A stretch of 64,000 bases of DNA from Thermodesulfobacteriota bacterium (GTDB lineage Bacteria > Desulfobacterota_D > UBA1144 > Nemesobacterales > UBA2774). The stretch covers positions 1,856,001-1,920,000 of the forward strand of contig OZ244991.1 of the NCBI GenBank assembly GCA_965223335.1, given 5' to 3'. The translations under genes and the position numbers were made by a program. Under the pieces are notes generated by a model that had not been told where the DNA came from, searched no databases, and saw only the letters and a program-made list of their open reading frames with translations. Shown in pieces: positions 49,578-58,957 of this stretch. Numbering within the stretch: position 1 is the stretch's first letter; each line of letters opens with the position of its first letter.

Positions 49578-51293
49578 GTGAGATACTCTGAGTATTTTAT
49601 CCCGACATTAAAAGAAGACCCTGCCGACGCCGAGGTAGTGAGCCACAAGCTTATGGTGCGTGCGGGGATGATAAGAAAGCTTGCAGCGGGGATCTATAAC
49701 TACCTTCCGCTAGGTATGCGATCGATAAAAAAAGTAGAGAATATTGTGCGTGAGGAGATGAATCGTGCAGGGGCGATTGAGCTTTTGATGCCGGCGGTTC
49801 TCCCGGCTGAGCTCTGGCGCGAGAGTGGTAGGTGGGATGTGTACGGTAAGGAACTGCTTCGTTTCCAGGACCGCGCCGAGAGGGAGTTTTGCATAGGGCC
49901 CACGCACGAGGAGATTATCACAGATATTGTGAGAAGGGAGATACACTCGTACAAGCAGCTTCCGATTAATCTCTATCAGATACAGACCAAGTTCCGAGAC
50001 GAGATCCGCCCGCGCTTTGGTGTGATGCGGGCACGTGAATTCATTATGAAGGACGCTTACAGTTTTGACGCCAACGAAGAGGGTGCTGAAAAATCCTACT
50101 GGGCGATGTACGAGGCATACAACCGTATATTCGAGAGGTGCGGGCTTGAGTTCAGAGCTGTGCTGGCAGATACCGGAAACATTGGCGGCAGTTTCTCGCA
50201 TGAGTTTATGGTGTTGGCACCAACGGGTGAGGACATTATTATGAGCTGTAGCAGTTGTGACTATGCGGCAAACCTGGAGCTTGCAAGAATCCGTCCCGAC
50301 AATAACCCCGAACACAATAACTCGACTGAGCAAAGGAACATTGAAGAGGCGCACACGCCGAATTTAAAAACCGTGGATGAGGTGGCTGAGTTTCTTAACG
50401 TAGAACCCCGAGAGCTTATAAAAACAATGATAGTGCTTGTGGATGGAAAGCCCCTGGCAGCGCTTGTGAGGGGGGACCATGAGCTTAGTTTGACCAAGCT
50501 TCGTAACGCTCTCGGTGCAGATATAGTGGAGCTTGCCCCTGCTAATGTTATACGCGAGGTGACAGGAGGGCCTATGGGTTTTAGCGGTCCGGTCGGTCTC
50601 AAAGTGGATATGATCGGGGACGATGCGCTTGTGGAAACAGGTTCTGCAGTAGTTGGTGCCAATAAGGCTGATTACCATCTGATTAACGCGACACCGGGAA
50701 GAGACTATAACCTAAGCAGCTTCTCTGACATTAGGGTTGCTGTGGACAGTGATCCCTGCCCTAATTGTACAGACGGTCATTTACAGTCGAGCAGGGGGAT
50801 AGAGGTCGGTCATGTGTTTATGCTGGGGACTAAGTACAGCGAGGCGATGGGGGCTAATTTTGTAGATGCTAATGGCAAGGATAAGCCCTATATAATGGGG
50901 TGTTACGGAATAGGTGTAGGGCGCACAGTAGCTGCTGCGATAGAGCAGAACCATGATGATAACGGGATTAAGTTCCCCAGGCCCGTAGCCCCTTTTGAGG
51001 TAACAGTGCTTGCGCTCAATATGAAAGACGCCGAGGTAACCAAGACCGCAGAGAATATATACCAACAGCTAAACGATGCAGGGTACGAGGCTATACTTGA
51101 TGACAGAGAGGTAGGGGCCGGATTTAAATTTAAAGATGCTGATCTAATCGGGGTACCACTACAAGTGGCTATAGGGCCGAGGACTCTTAAAGACGGGGAA
51201 GTGGAGATTAAACTGAGGAAGGACGGCGAGCCGAAACGGGTGAAGGTAAACGAGGTATTGAAAGAGGTTGAGTCTGTGATTGCCGGAAGCTGA
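49578..51293 (+). CDS. proS: Proline--tRNA ligase (bacterial type with editing domain)
   Basis: SHKLMVRAG, GPTHEE, QTKFRDEIRPRFGVMRAREF, GIEVGHVF, MGCYGIG. Confidence 0.98.
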   Translation: MRYSEYFIPTLKEDPADAEVVSHKLMVRAGMIRKLAAGIYNYLPLGMRSIKKVENIVREEMNRAGAIELLMPAVLPAELWRESGRWDVYGKELLRFQDRAEREFCIGPTHEEIITDIVRREIHSYKQLPINLYQIQTKFRDEIRPRFGVMRAREFIMKDAYSFDANEEGAEKSYWAMYEAYNRIFERCGLEFRAVLADTGNIGGSFSHEFMVLAPTGEDIIMSCSSCDYAANLELARIRPDNNPEHNNSTEQRNIEEAHTPNLKTVDEVAEFLNVEPRELIKTMIVLVDGKPLAALVRGDHELSLTKLRNALGADIVELAPANVIREVTGGPMGFSGPVGLKVDMIGDDALVETGSAVVGANKADYHLINATPGRDYNLSSFSDIRVAVDSDPCPNCTDGHLQSSRGIEVGHVFMLGTKYSEAMGANFVDANGKDKPYIMGCYGIGVGRTVAAAIEQNHDDNGIKFPRPVAPFEVTVLALNMKDAEVTKTAENIYQQLNDAGYEAILDDREVGAGFKFKDADLIGVPLQVAIGPRTLKDGEVEIKLRKDGEPKRVKVNEVLKEVESVIAGS

Positions 51294-51317
51294 TCTACCG
51301 GTGTTATTATAAATACT

Positions 51318-52037
51318 ATGGCAAGACCTAAACTAAGTCCCGATGAGAGAATTATAATTGCACTCGACAACCCTAATCTTGATGATGCTATCGGGCTTGT
51401 AAGCAGACTAAAAAACAGAGTCAGTACTTTTAAAGTAGGGCCGATACTTTACTTGGAAAACGGACAGTCTGCGATTGAGCAGCTATCCGATGAAGGAGTG
51501 TCTGTTTTCCTCGACCTTAAATTCCACGACATACCAAACACGGTTGCTAAGGCTGCCTCGACTATAGTTAAACACAGTCTTAAGATGTTTACCCTGCACG
51601 CGATGGGTGGTGTGGAGATGATGAGTGCGGCTTGTGGTGCTGTGGGGGAGGAGGCGGAGAGGTTGGGCTGTGAGAGGCCGCTTGTGTTGGCGGTGACTGT
51701 GCTTACGAGCCACGACAGTGAGGGTTTGCGCGAGATCGGATTTGCATCGAATTCACAAGACCAGGTGCTTAGGTTGGCGGAGCTGGCGGAAAGTGCCGGG
51801 GTGGACGGGCTGGTGGCGTCGGGCTTAGAGGCCTCTGTGCTACGAAGAGAGTTCGGCGACAGGTTCACACTGGTGGTGCCGGGGATAAGACTAGGGCAGG
51901 ACACACAAGACCAAAAAAGGGTAATGACACCTAGAAATGCAGTTGAAAACGGTGCGGATTATCTGGTAGTGGGCAGGGCAGTGACCGAGTCGGATGACCC
52001 CGAGTCGGTGGTCGGTGAAATCATTAATTCCATATGA
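51318..52037 (+). CDS. pyrF: Orotidine-5'-phosphate decarboxylase
   Basis: IIALD, FKVG, FLDLKFHDIPNTV, VTVLTS, PGIR, DQKRV, VVGRA. Confidence 0.98.
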   Translation: MARPKLSPDERIIIALDNPNLDDAIGLVSRLKNRVSTFKVGPILYLENGQSAIEQLSDEGVSVFLDLKFHDIPNTVAKAASTIVKHSLKMFTLHAMGGVEMMSAACGAVGEEAERLGCERPLVLAVTVLTSHDSEGLREIGFASNSQDQVLRLAELAESAGVDGLVASGLEASVLRREFGDRFTLVVPGIRLGQDTQDQKRVMTPRNAVENGADYLVVGRAVTESDDPESVVGEIINSI

Positions 52038-52110
52038 TAATTTAAATGATTATTTGAAAGCTGCCCGGGTGAACTTAAATCTTGTGTTTTACATATTTGT
52101 AAGATTCTCT

Positions 52111-52866
52111 TTATTTTTCTAAGAACCTTTCATAATCAGTGCCGACCAAAGCCTTTTCCACTTCGTCGTAATTGGCTAGGGAATCCCTCAGTGATTGAGG
52201 TGAGACTTTTTGATATTCGGTGCCTACTTTTGCTGATTCAATTCCAAGAAAGTTGCAGATGTTGTCTACAGTGTTCTGATGGTTTTCCTCGGGGAGTAAA
52301 TCTGTCTCGTAAGTAACAGTAGTGAAATCGAGGCCTTCTAGGGATCTGCACTCAAATTCACCGAGCTCTCGGCTCCTGTCCATCTGTCTTAGTAGTTCTT
52401 TTGTATCGACTCTCAATTGCTCGGCTTTATGCTCAACATTTTTTTTCTTGTGATAGCCAAAGGCCATTCCACGTATCAAGGAGAGGGATTGTTCCAGAAT
52501 ATTTTCGCGTACCAAGTAGACAATTCTGTACCCGTGCTGAGACAGCTCTCTTATGAAAATGTTGCTGTCTTTGATCGGTTGCTGGTCTCTTATCTGGAAA
52601 CTGAGCAATTTACACCCATATGTCGGTGCACTAGATATTGATGTTCTAGCCAACACATGGGCTTTGGGAAATAGAACATTGTCGTATAGGATCTCACCGT
52701 CACAATGAACATGCGGTAGTGAGTGCATAAGGCTCACAAGTGTTGTGCTTCCCGTGCGTTCTCTGCCGAATATGACAAATCTACTTCCAGGTAATTCTGA
52801 CCGCTTTATTTGATGTAATAAACAAAGTCTTAGGTGTCCGGCGTAGATATGTAAAGACTTGAGCAT
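52111..52866 (-). CDS. PAPS-dependent sulfotransferase, NodH/Stf0-like
   Basis: 5'-PSB loop FVIFGRERTGST..HCDGEIL, 3'-PB YLVRENILEQSLS, VTYETDL, ICNFLG. Confidence 0.8.
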   Translation of the reverse strand: MLKSLHIYAGHLRLCLLHQIKRSELPGSRFVIFGRERTGSTTLVSLMHSLPHVHCDGEILYDNVLFPKAHVLARTSISSAPTYGCKLLSFQIRDQQPIKDSNIFIRELSQHGYRIVYLVRENILEQSLSLIRGMAFGYHKKKNVEHKAEQLRVDTKELLRQMDRSRELGEFECRSLEGLDFTTVTYETDLLPEENHQNTVDNICNFLGIESAKVGTEYQKVSPQSLRDSLANYDEVEKALVGTDYERFLEK

Positions 52867-52993
52867 GCTGCTTCCTTATCAAAAACCTCTTATACTCTAT
52901 ACTCTGGCTTGATCAATCGCTTATGGTTGCAGGCATATAACCTGTATATTAATAATTATACACTCAGATGATTAAGATAGAGTACAGTGCGGA

Positions 52994-55603
52994 TTAACCT
53001 GATGCTGCTTTCTTCTTTTCACCCCTGTTTTCAAATACCAACTCGCCATACTTATCACCGTCAATGATAACATGGTCCCCCTCTTTGAAGGTGCCTTTTA
53101 GTATTTCGGTAGCGAGAGGGTCCTGGATAAGTTTTTGCATAGTCCTCTTAAGCGGGCGTGCACCGTACACGGGGTCATAGCCCTTCTCTGAGATTGTCTC
53201 TTTGGCTCTGTCGGTGAGTTCGAGGTTGATTTTCCTGTCTAACAGGCGTTTTTGCAGGTGAGTGACCTGAATATCTACGATCTCTTTTATCTGCTCTAGC
53301 CCAAGGGGTTTAAATATGATGGTCTCGTCGATCCTGTTTAAGAACTCGGGCCTAAAAGATTCTCTAAGTATCTCGGTTACTTTCTGTTCCATCTCGCCCG
53401 GGTTGTCTACAAGCTCCTGGATGTAATGACTGCCGAGGTTGGAGGTCATGATGATAACAGTGTTTTTGAAATCAACTGTTCTACCCTGGCCGTCAGTAAG
53501 ACGTCCGTCATCTAGGATCTGAAGCAGTACGTTGAACACATCGGTGTGTGCCTTTTCGATCTCGTCAAACAGTATTACAGCGTAAGGCCGTCTGCGAATG
53601 GCTTCGGTGAGCTGGCCCCCGGAATCGTAACCCACATAACCGGGAGGAGCACCTATGAGTCGCGACACTGTGTGTTTCTCCATATACTCACTCATGTCGA
53701 TCCTGACTGTTGCGTTTTCGTCGTCGAACATAAACTCTGCAAGTGCCCTGGCGAGCTCGGTTTTACCGACCCCTGTGGGTCCAAGGAATATAAATGAGCC
53801 TATTGGGCGGTTGGGGTCGGAGAGACCTGCGCGCGATCTCCTAAGTGCATTGGACACGGCAGTTATGGCATTGTCTTGACCTATCACACGCTCGGAGATT
53901 CTCTGTTCCATGTGGATCAGTTTCTCGACTTCCCCCTCCATAAGCCTAGAGACCGGGATACCGGTCCATTTTGAGATAATGGCCGCAATGTCCTCGGCAT
54001 CTACCTCTTCTTTTAGCATTTTGCTGCTCTTTTGTATCTCGGCCAGCTCTTTGCTCAGTGTGTCGAGTTTATCGTTTAGATCGGGAAGTTTTCCGTAAAG
54101 CAGCTCAGAGGCCTTAGAGAGCTCACCCGAGCGCTGGGCTTTCTCGGCGTCGATCTTCAACTCGTCAATTGCCTCTTTAATAGTACGTATTTCGGTTATA
54201 TGGTCTTTTTCGCGCTGCCAGTGAGCCTTTAGAGCATTGGATTCTTCGCTTAGGTTGGCAATATTCTTTTCTATCTCGGTTAATTTTTCTCGAGAGGCGT
54301 CGTCCTTTTCTTTTTTGAGAGCCTGTCGTTCAATCTCCAACTGCATAATCCGCCTCTCGATATCGTCAATCTCTGTGGGCAGGGAATCTATCTCTATTTT
54401 TAAGCGTGCAGCGGACTCGTCAATAAGGTCCACGGCTTTATCGGGCAGGAACCTGCCTGTGATGTAGCGGTGGGATAATACTGCCGCAGCTATAAGAGCA
54501 TCGTCTTTAATCTTTACACCATGGTGGATTTCGTACTTCTCCTTTACCCCACGTAGTATTGTGATGGTCTCTTCCACTGTGGGTTCGTCTACGTATACCT
54601 GTTGGAATCTGCGCTCGAGTGCGGCGTCTTTTTCGATGTATTTTCTAAACTCATCTAGAGTTGTGGCACCAATACAGTGGAGCTCGCCCCGGGCCAATGC
54701 GGGCTTTAGCATATTGGAGGCGTCCATTGCACCCTCTGTAGCCCCGGCACCCACAACCGTATGAATCTCGTCTATAAACAATATGACCTCGCCGTCTGAG
54801 TCTGTGACCTCTTTAAGGACTGCTTTTAGGCGTTCTTCGAACTGTCCCCTAAACTTTGCTCCTGCTATAAGAGCGCCTATGTCTAGTGCCACAAGGCGTT
54901 TATTCTTAAGACCCTCGGGTACGTCTCCGTTTACAATCCGCTGTGCGAGGCCCTCAACTATTGCTGTCTTACCCACCCCGGGCTCTCCAATAAGCACAGG
55001 GTTGTTTTTGGTCCTCCTTGAAAGCACTTGTATAACACGTCTTATCTCTTCGTCGCGTCCTATGACAGGGTCGGTTTTCCCTTGTCGTGCGATCTCTGTG
55101 AAATCCTTACCATACTGCTTGAGTGCCTGGAAGGTGTCTTCGGGGGACTGAGAGGTAACGTTTTGCCCACCCCTTACTTCGTTTAATACATTTAGAATCT
55201 TGTCGCGTGTGATACCGAGTTTCTTGAACTCGTTTTTAATATCGCCTGTGGAATCCTGGGCGATTCCTAAGAGCAGGTGTTCGGTACTTATGTATTCATC
55301 ACCGAGTGACTTGGCCTCTTTCTCTGCGGTCTTAAACGCTTTGCCAAGCTCTTTGCTTATGTATACCTGTCCATCTTCGGATTTTACTTTGGGAAGCTTG
55401 TTGATTCCGTTCTCTGCAATTTCTCGTACAACATCGGCGTTCACACCGATTTTACCCAGTGTGTCGGTAGGGATGCCGCTTTGGTCAAGCAGGGTAGCGA
55501 GCAGGTGGGGTATGTCTATAACCTGGTTTTGTTTAGACTCTGCCAGGGATTGTGCTTCGGTTAGAGCTTCTTGTGCTTTTATTGTCAATTTGTCGAATTT
55601 CAT
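52994..55603 (-). CDS. clpB: ATP-dependent disaggregase ClpB
   Basis: [21 protein letters not shown]-domain coiled coil, [31 protein letters not shown] 55603 lies downstream of GGAGG. Confidence 0.98.
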   Translation of the reverse strand: MKFDKLTIKAQEALTEAQSLAESKQNQVIDIPHLLATLLDQSGIPTDTLGKIGVNADVVREIAENGINKLPKVKSEDGQVYISKELGKAFKTAEKEAKSLGDEYISTEHLLLGIAQDSTGDIKNEFKKLGITRDKILNVLNEVRGGQNVTSQSPEDTFQALKQYGKDFTEIARQGKTDPVIGRDEEIRRVIQVLSRRTKNNPVLIGEPGVGKTAIVEGLAQRIVNGDVPEGLKNKRLVALDIGALIAGAKFRGQFEERLKAVLKEVTDSDGEVILFIDEIHTVVGAGATEGAMDASNMLKPALARGELHCIGATTLDEFRKYIEKDAALERRFQQVYVDEPTVEETITILRGVKEKYEIHHGVKIKDDALIAAAVLSHRYITGRFLPDKAVDLIDESAARLKIEIDSLPTEIDDIERRIMQLEIERQALKKEKDDASREKLTEIEKNIANLSEESNALKAHWQREKDHITEIRTIKEAIDELKIDAEKAQRSGELSKASELLYGKLPDLNDKLDTLSKELAEIQKSSKMLKEEVDAEDIAAIISKWTGIPVSRLMEGEVEKLIHMEQRISERVIGQDNAITAVSNALRRSRAGLSDPNRPIGSFIFLGPTGVGKTELARALAEFMFDDENATVRIDMSEYMEKHTVSRLIGAPPGYVGYDSGGQLTEAIRRRPYAVILFDEIEKAHTDVFNVLLQILDDGRLTDGQGRTVDFKNTVIIMTSNLGSHYIQELVDNPGEMEQKVTEILRESFRPEFLNRIDETIIFKPLGLEQIKEIVDIQVTHLQKRLLDRKINLELTDRAKETISEKGYDPVYGARPLKRTMQKLIQDPLATEILKGTFKEGDHVIIDGDKYGELVFENRGEKKKAASG

Positions 55604-55800
55604 ATTGGTAAATGCCTCCCTCAATATAGCCTTATAGACTTAAAATATTCCATTTTTTCGGGATTTCAAGACGCTCTATTGCATGGACTGAAGAACGATT
55701 TTTATGTACGAGCTATACGGAGTTATGAAGTATAGGGGAATGAAACTGTTTTTTCTGTGTTTTCAGGTTATTACACGTTACGTTAATTGTCTCGAATTAC

Positions 55801-55829
55801 TTGACAAAATTATCTGAAAATAATATTAT
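55801..55829 (+). promoter_or_regulatory. Sigma70 promoter of the nitroreductase/small-protein operon
   Basis: TTGACA (55801-55806), 17 nt, TATTAT (55824-55829). Confidence 0.7.
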
Positions 55830-55875
55830 GGTTCTCTGTGATCATAAAATTTAATTGATTTTTAAGGAGGGAAAA

Positions 55876-56904
55876 ATGAGTAGTCAATTGATTATTGATG
55901 ATGTGCCACAAGCATCGGATGTTCAACAATTAGATGCTATGGAGGCTATAGGTATCAGAAGGTCTATCAGATGGTACGAGCCGCATAAACCAGTGGAAAG
56001 ATGGAAGGTGCAGGCGATGCTTGAAGCCGCTAGAGTTGCACCGTCGGCCGGTAACTTTAACGGTCAAAGAGCGATTGTTGTTTATAGGGACGAAGATCCT
56101 GAGATCTGGGAGTTTATTTCTGACTGGAGTCAGATTACTACACAGATGGCACCTATATTGATCTTCTGGTGTTACGACTTGGCAAACTATGATACACAAG
56201 GCCAGTCAATTCACGACTTGATGAGAACAGGGGCTCTGGATAAAGCACACGGATGGGAATATGACAGAGTATCAAACCTTTTCCCTCTGCCGGGTCTGTT
56301 GCCTGACGCTATTATGCATAGGTTGGCAGGTATTGACCTTGGAAACGCAATTCAGAATGCAATGATCGTAGCATCGTCACTTGGGCTCGGAACATGCTTA
56401 AACGGTGCCAGCGGTGGTGCCAGAAGAAATACTAAGTCTAAGTTCGGTTTGCCCGATACTTATGTGTTTAGCTGGCTTATGACTGTAGGTTATCCCGCAG
56501 AGAATATAGATGGTGGAGGAGCCAGGTCGCGTCCCCCGTTTGGAAACATGTTCTTTGAAAAGAGAGTGGGAAACTCATTTAGAAGAGACGAAAATGTTGT
56601 TGAACTACTAAAAGAGCTAAAACTTATTCAGCCTCCTGGTCCGCTGCCCGGCAGGCTAGAAGAGATCAACAAGCTCACAAAACGCTTTGGGCTTGGTGAT
56701 GAATGGCTTACAGACTGGAAACTCGAGCCGTCACAGATGGGCGAAGTGGCCGGGGATAAGAGGTTCACACAGTTGTCGGCGGAAGAGGTACAGGCATCTG
56801 TGGGTACAGCTGATATTCCGGTTGATTTTGAACTGAAGCCTACGGTTAAGAGAGAGGTGTTGGACAAGTACCGTAAAGACAAAGGTATTGGCGACACTGA
56901 TTAA
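55876..56904 (+). CDS. Nitroreductase family protein with a long C-terminal extension
   Basis: RRSIRWY, AARVAPSAGN, IDLGNAIQNAMIVASSLGLGTC, TVGYP. AAGGAGG RBS supports ATG 55876. Confidence 0.88.
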   Translation: MSSQLIIDDVPQASDVQQLDAMEAIGIRRSIRWYEPHKPVERWKVQAMLEAARVAPSAGNFNGQRAIVVYRDEDPEIWEFISDWSQITTQMAPILIFWCYDLANYDTQGQSIHDLMRTGALDKAHGWEYDRVSNLFPLPGLLPDAIMHRLAGIDLGNAIQNAMIVASSLGLGTCLNGASGGARRNTKSKFGLPDTYVFSWLMTVGYPAENIDGGGARSRPPFGNMFFEKRVGNSFRRDENVVELLKELKLIQPPGPLPGRLEEINKLTKRFGLGDEWLTDWKLEPSQMGEVAGDKRFTQLSAEEVQASVGTADIPVDFELKPTVKREVLDKYRKDKGIGDTD

Positions 56905-56946
56905 TTGAGAAAACAACAATATTAATAAAAGTTTAAGGAGGCTCAC

Positions 56947-57138
56947 ATGGCTGAAGTAACCGTAAATATTCCTGATCCTATCTACAATGTGATCAAGCAG
57001 AGGGCTGAAGATACAAACGGTACACCTGAAGGATTGATTATTGCCAACCTTGCTATAATCTTTGGTGTATCGCGCTACAACCCTGACAAATGGATCAAGA
57101 ATTTGAAAGATCAAGAAGACCTATCGAAACCTTGGTAG
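56947..57138 (+). CDS. Small protein, possible ribbon-helix-helix fold
   Basis: AAGGAGG RBS. EVTVNIPDPIYNVIKQRAE..TPEGLII matches the beta-alpha-alpha RHH pattern. Confidence 0.7.
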   Translation: MAEVTVNIPDPIYNVIKQRAEDTNGTPEGLIIANLAIIFGVSRYNPDKWIKNLKDQEDLSKPW

Positions 57139-57177
57139 TTTCTTCTTAAATAGTATTTAAAACTAGAATACGAATAT

Positions 57178-57213
57178 AAAAAAGGGGGAGCAATTGCTCC
57201 CCCTTACTTTTTT
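57178..57213. terminator. Bidirectional intrinsic terminator
   Basis: Perfect 24-bp palindrome AAGGGGGAGCAATTGCTCCCCCTT (57182-57205) with an A-tract before and T-tract after, between convergent genes. Confidence 0.85.
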
Positions 57214-57304
57214 GTTGTATTCATATACAACTTTCACAGTTGCCTGTAATTATCAATAATCATTTGCTAATTTTTCGATACAGTCGCGGCAGTTAATTCC
57301 GGGT

Positions 57305-58447
57305 CTAAATACCCAGCTCTCTAGCTATAACTACATGTTGTATCTCTGAGGTTCCCTCGGTAATCGAGGCTAATTTAGCGTCACGGTAATACCTTTCTAC
57401 GGGGAACTCGACACCATAGCCGTAACCGCCCAGCACCTGGACTGCCTCTGTCGCTACTGACTGGACGACATCGGCTGCATAGAGCTTTGCCATAGAGGCC
57501 TCTTTAAGTGCTTTTTGGTCGTTGCTGTATAACCATGCCGCTTTGTACACAAGCAGACGTGCGGTTTCGATTTTTACGGCCATCTCTGCAAGCTTAAAAC
57601 TTATGGCCTGGAACTTGGATATCGGTCTGCCGAACGCCTCCCTTTCCTTGGAGTAGTTGAGAGCAAAATCAAATGCAGCCTGTGCCAGGCCGACTGATTT
57701 AGCCGCGTGAGTGATACGTGCGCCAAGTAGTGTAGCCATAGCTCCGTTGAAGCCGCCCTCGCCAACTAGAAGGTTTTCTTCAGGTATCTCACAGTTCTCA
57801 AACACAAGCTCTGCGGTGTCGGCTGAGCGGTGGCCTAGTTTGTGGATTTTGTTTTTTTCTGTAAACCCTGGGGCATCGCTGTCTATAATAAAGAGGCTTA
57901 TCCCGGTACCTTTTTTGCTCTTGTCAGTATAAGCGGCCACTATTACGAAATCACACATGGTACCGTTTGTGATCCATGTCTTTGTGCCGTTTATAATGTA
58001 GCTACCGTTTTTCTTTGTGGCTGTGGCTCTGATGCTTCTGGCATCGGACCCGGCGTCGGGTTCAGTGAGCCCAAGTGCTCCTATTATCTTGCCTTCGATG
58101 CCGGGGATTAGGTACTTTTCTTTTTGTGCATCGGTGCCGAACTTATCGATGGGTACCATGGACAGGCTCGTGTGGGCATTTACGCACATGGCAATGCCGG
58201 CGTTTATACGGCCCATCTCCTCGGCGAAAATGCACTCGGTAATCTTGTCGAGATCCACCCCGCCGTATTCTTCGGGGAATGCAATTCCTAGGAAACCCAT
58301 TTCACCTAGTTTAGGGAATATCTCTACAGGGAATTTCTCGTTGGCCTCAGCGTCCTCAACAAGAGGGGCAATCTCGTTTTCCCCGAAATCCCTAATAGTG
58401 TCGCGAAACATTTTTTGCTCATCAGTAAGCTCAAAATCTACCGGCAT
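57305..58447 (-). CDS. Acyl-CoA dehydrogenase
   Basis: LTEPDAGSD, INGTKTWITNG, REAFGRPISKFQAI, QVLGGYGY..VERYYRDAK..EGTSEIQ. Confidence 0.96.
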   Translation of the reverse strand: MPVDFELTDEQKMFRDTIRDFGENEIAPLVEDAEANEKFPVEIFPKLGEMGFLGIAFPEEYGGVDLDKITECIFAEEMGRINAGIAMCVNAHTSLSMVPIDKFGTDAQKEKYLIPGIEGKIIGALGLTEPDAGSDARSIRATATKKNGSYIINGTKTWITNGTMCDFVIVAAYTDKSKKGTGISLFIIDSDAPGFTEKNKIHKLGHRSADTAELVFENCEIPEENLLVGEGGFNGAMATLLGARITHAAKSVGLAQAAFDFALNYSKEREAFGRPISKFQAISFKLAEMAVKIETARLLVYKAAWLYSNDQKALKEASMAKLYAADVVQSVATEAVQVLGGYGYGVEFPVERYYRDAKLASITEGTSEIQHVVIARELGI

Positions 58448-58620
58448 TTCTTACTCCTCCGTTCATATCTTTTGTGTTTTTGGATAGTGTTCTTGGAACG
58501 TTGATTATATCATGTTTATCTCATTAAGTTAAGAAAAATCGTCGCCGAGTGCGCTTTAGCTTGACATTTAGGTAAGGATATTATAGATAAATAATAGAAA
58601 ATAGATAAGGAGGTACGATC

Positions 58621-58827
58621 ATGGCTGTAGCAAGAGTTTCAGAGATTATAGGATCATCGGAAAAATCGTGGGAGGACGCTGTACAGAACGCACTGGAAAG
58701 AGCTAACCAGACATTAAGGGGACTTACCGGGTTGGAAGTTACCAAACTTAATGCTGCAATAGGTGCAGACGGTCAGGTAACTGAGTATAGAGCACACATT
58801 AAAATAACTTTTATCTTAGACGACTAA
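58621..58827 (+). CDS. Dodecin family flavin-binding protein
   Basis: EIIGSSEKSWEDAVQNA..A..TLRG..EYR..KITF; AAGGAGG RBS. Confidence 0.93.
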   Translation: MAVARVSEIIGSSEKSWEDAVQNALERANQTLRGLTGLEVTKLNAAIGADGQVTEYRAHIKITFILDD

Positions 58828-58882
58828 AATGTTGCCGTTCTAAATCTTAATTACCAAGACACTTAAGAGTTTTAAAAAGCAA

Positions 58883-58912
58883 GAAGCCTTTAGGATAAGT
58901 CCTAAAGGCTTC
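58883..58912. terminator. Intrinsic terminator between dodecin and the convergent TPR gene
   Basis: 13-bp perfect stem GAAGCCTTTAGGA-TAAG-TCCTAAAGGCTTC. Confidence 0.75.
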
Positions 58913-58957
58913 GTTGTATTTGATGGGTTCTAAGTCGTCTTATTCGATATACACTGA

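Noticed and set aside
49710..50354. 214-aa minus-strand ORF, and similar short ORFs opposite proS, clpB, ccmF and others
   Set aside because: They are antisense to conserved housekeeping genes, with no RBS or recognisable motifs.
55625..55700. Heat-shock control of clpB (CIRCE or sigma32)
   Set aside because: No TTAGCACTC-N9-GAGTGCTAA. A CTTGAAA exists on the minus strand but lacks a CCCCAT -10.
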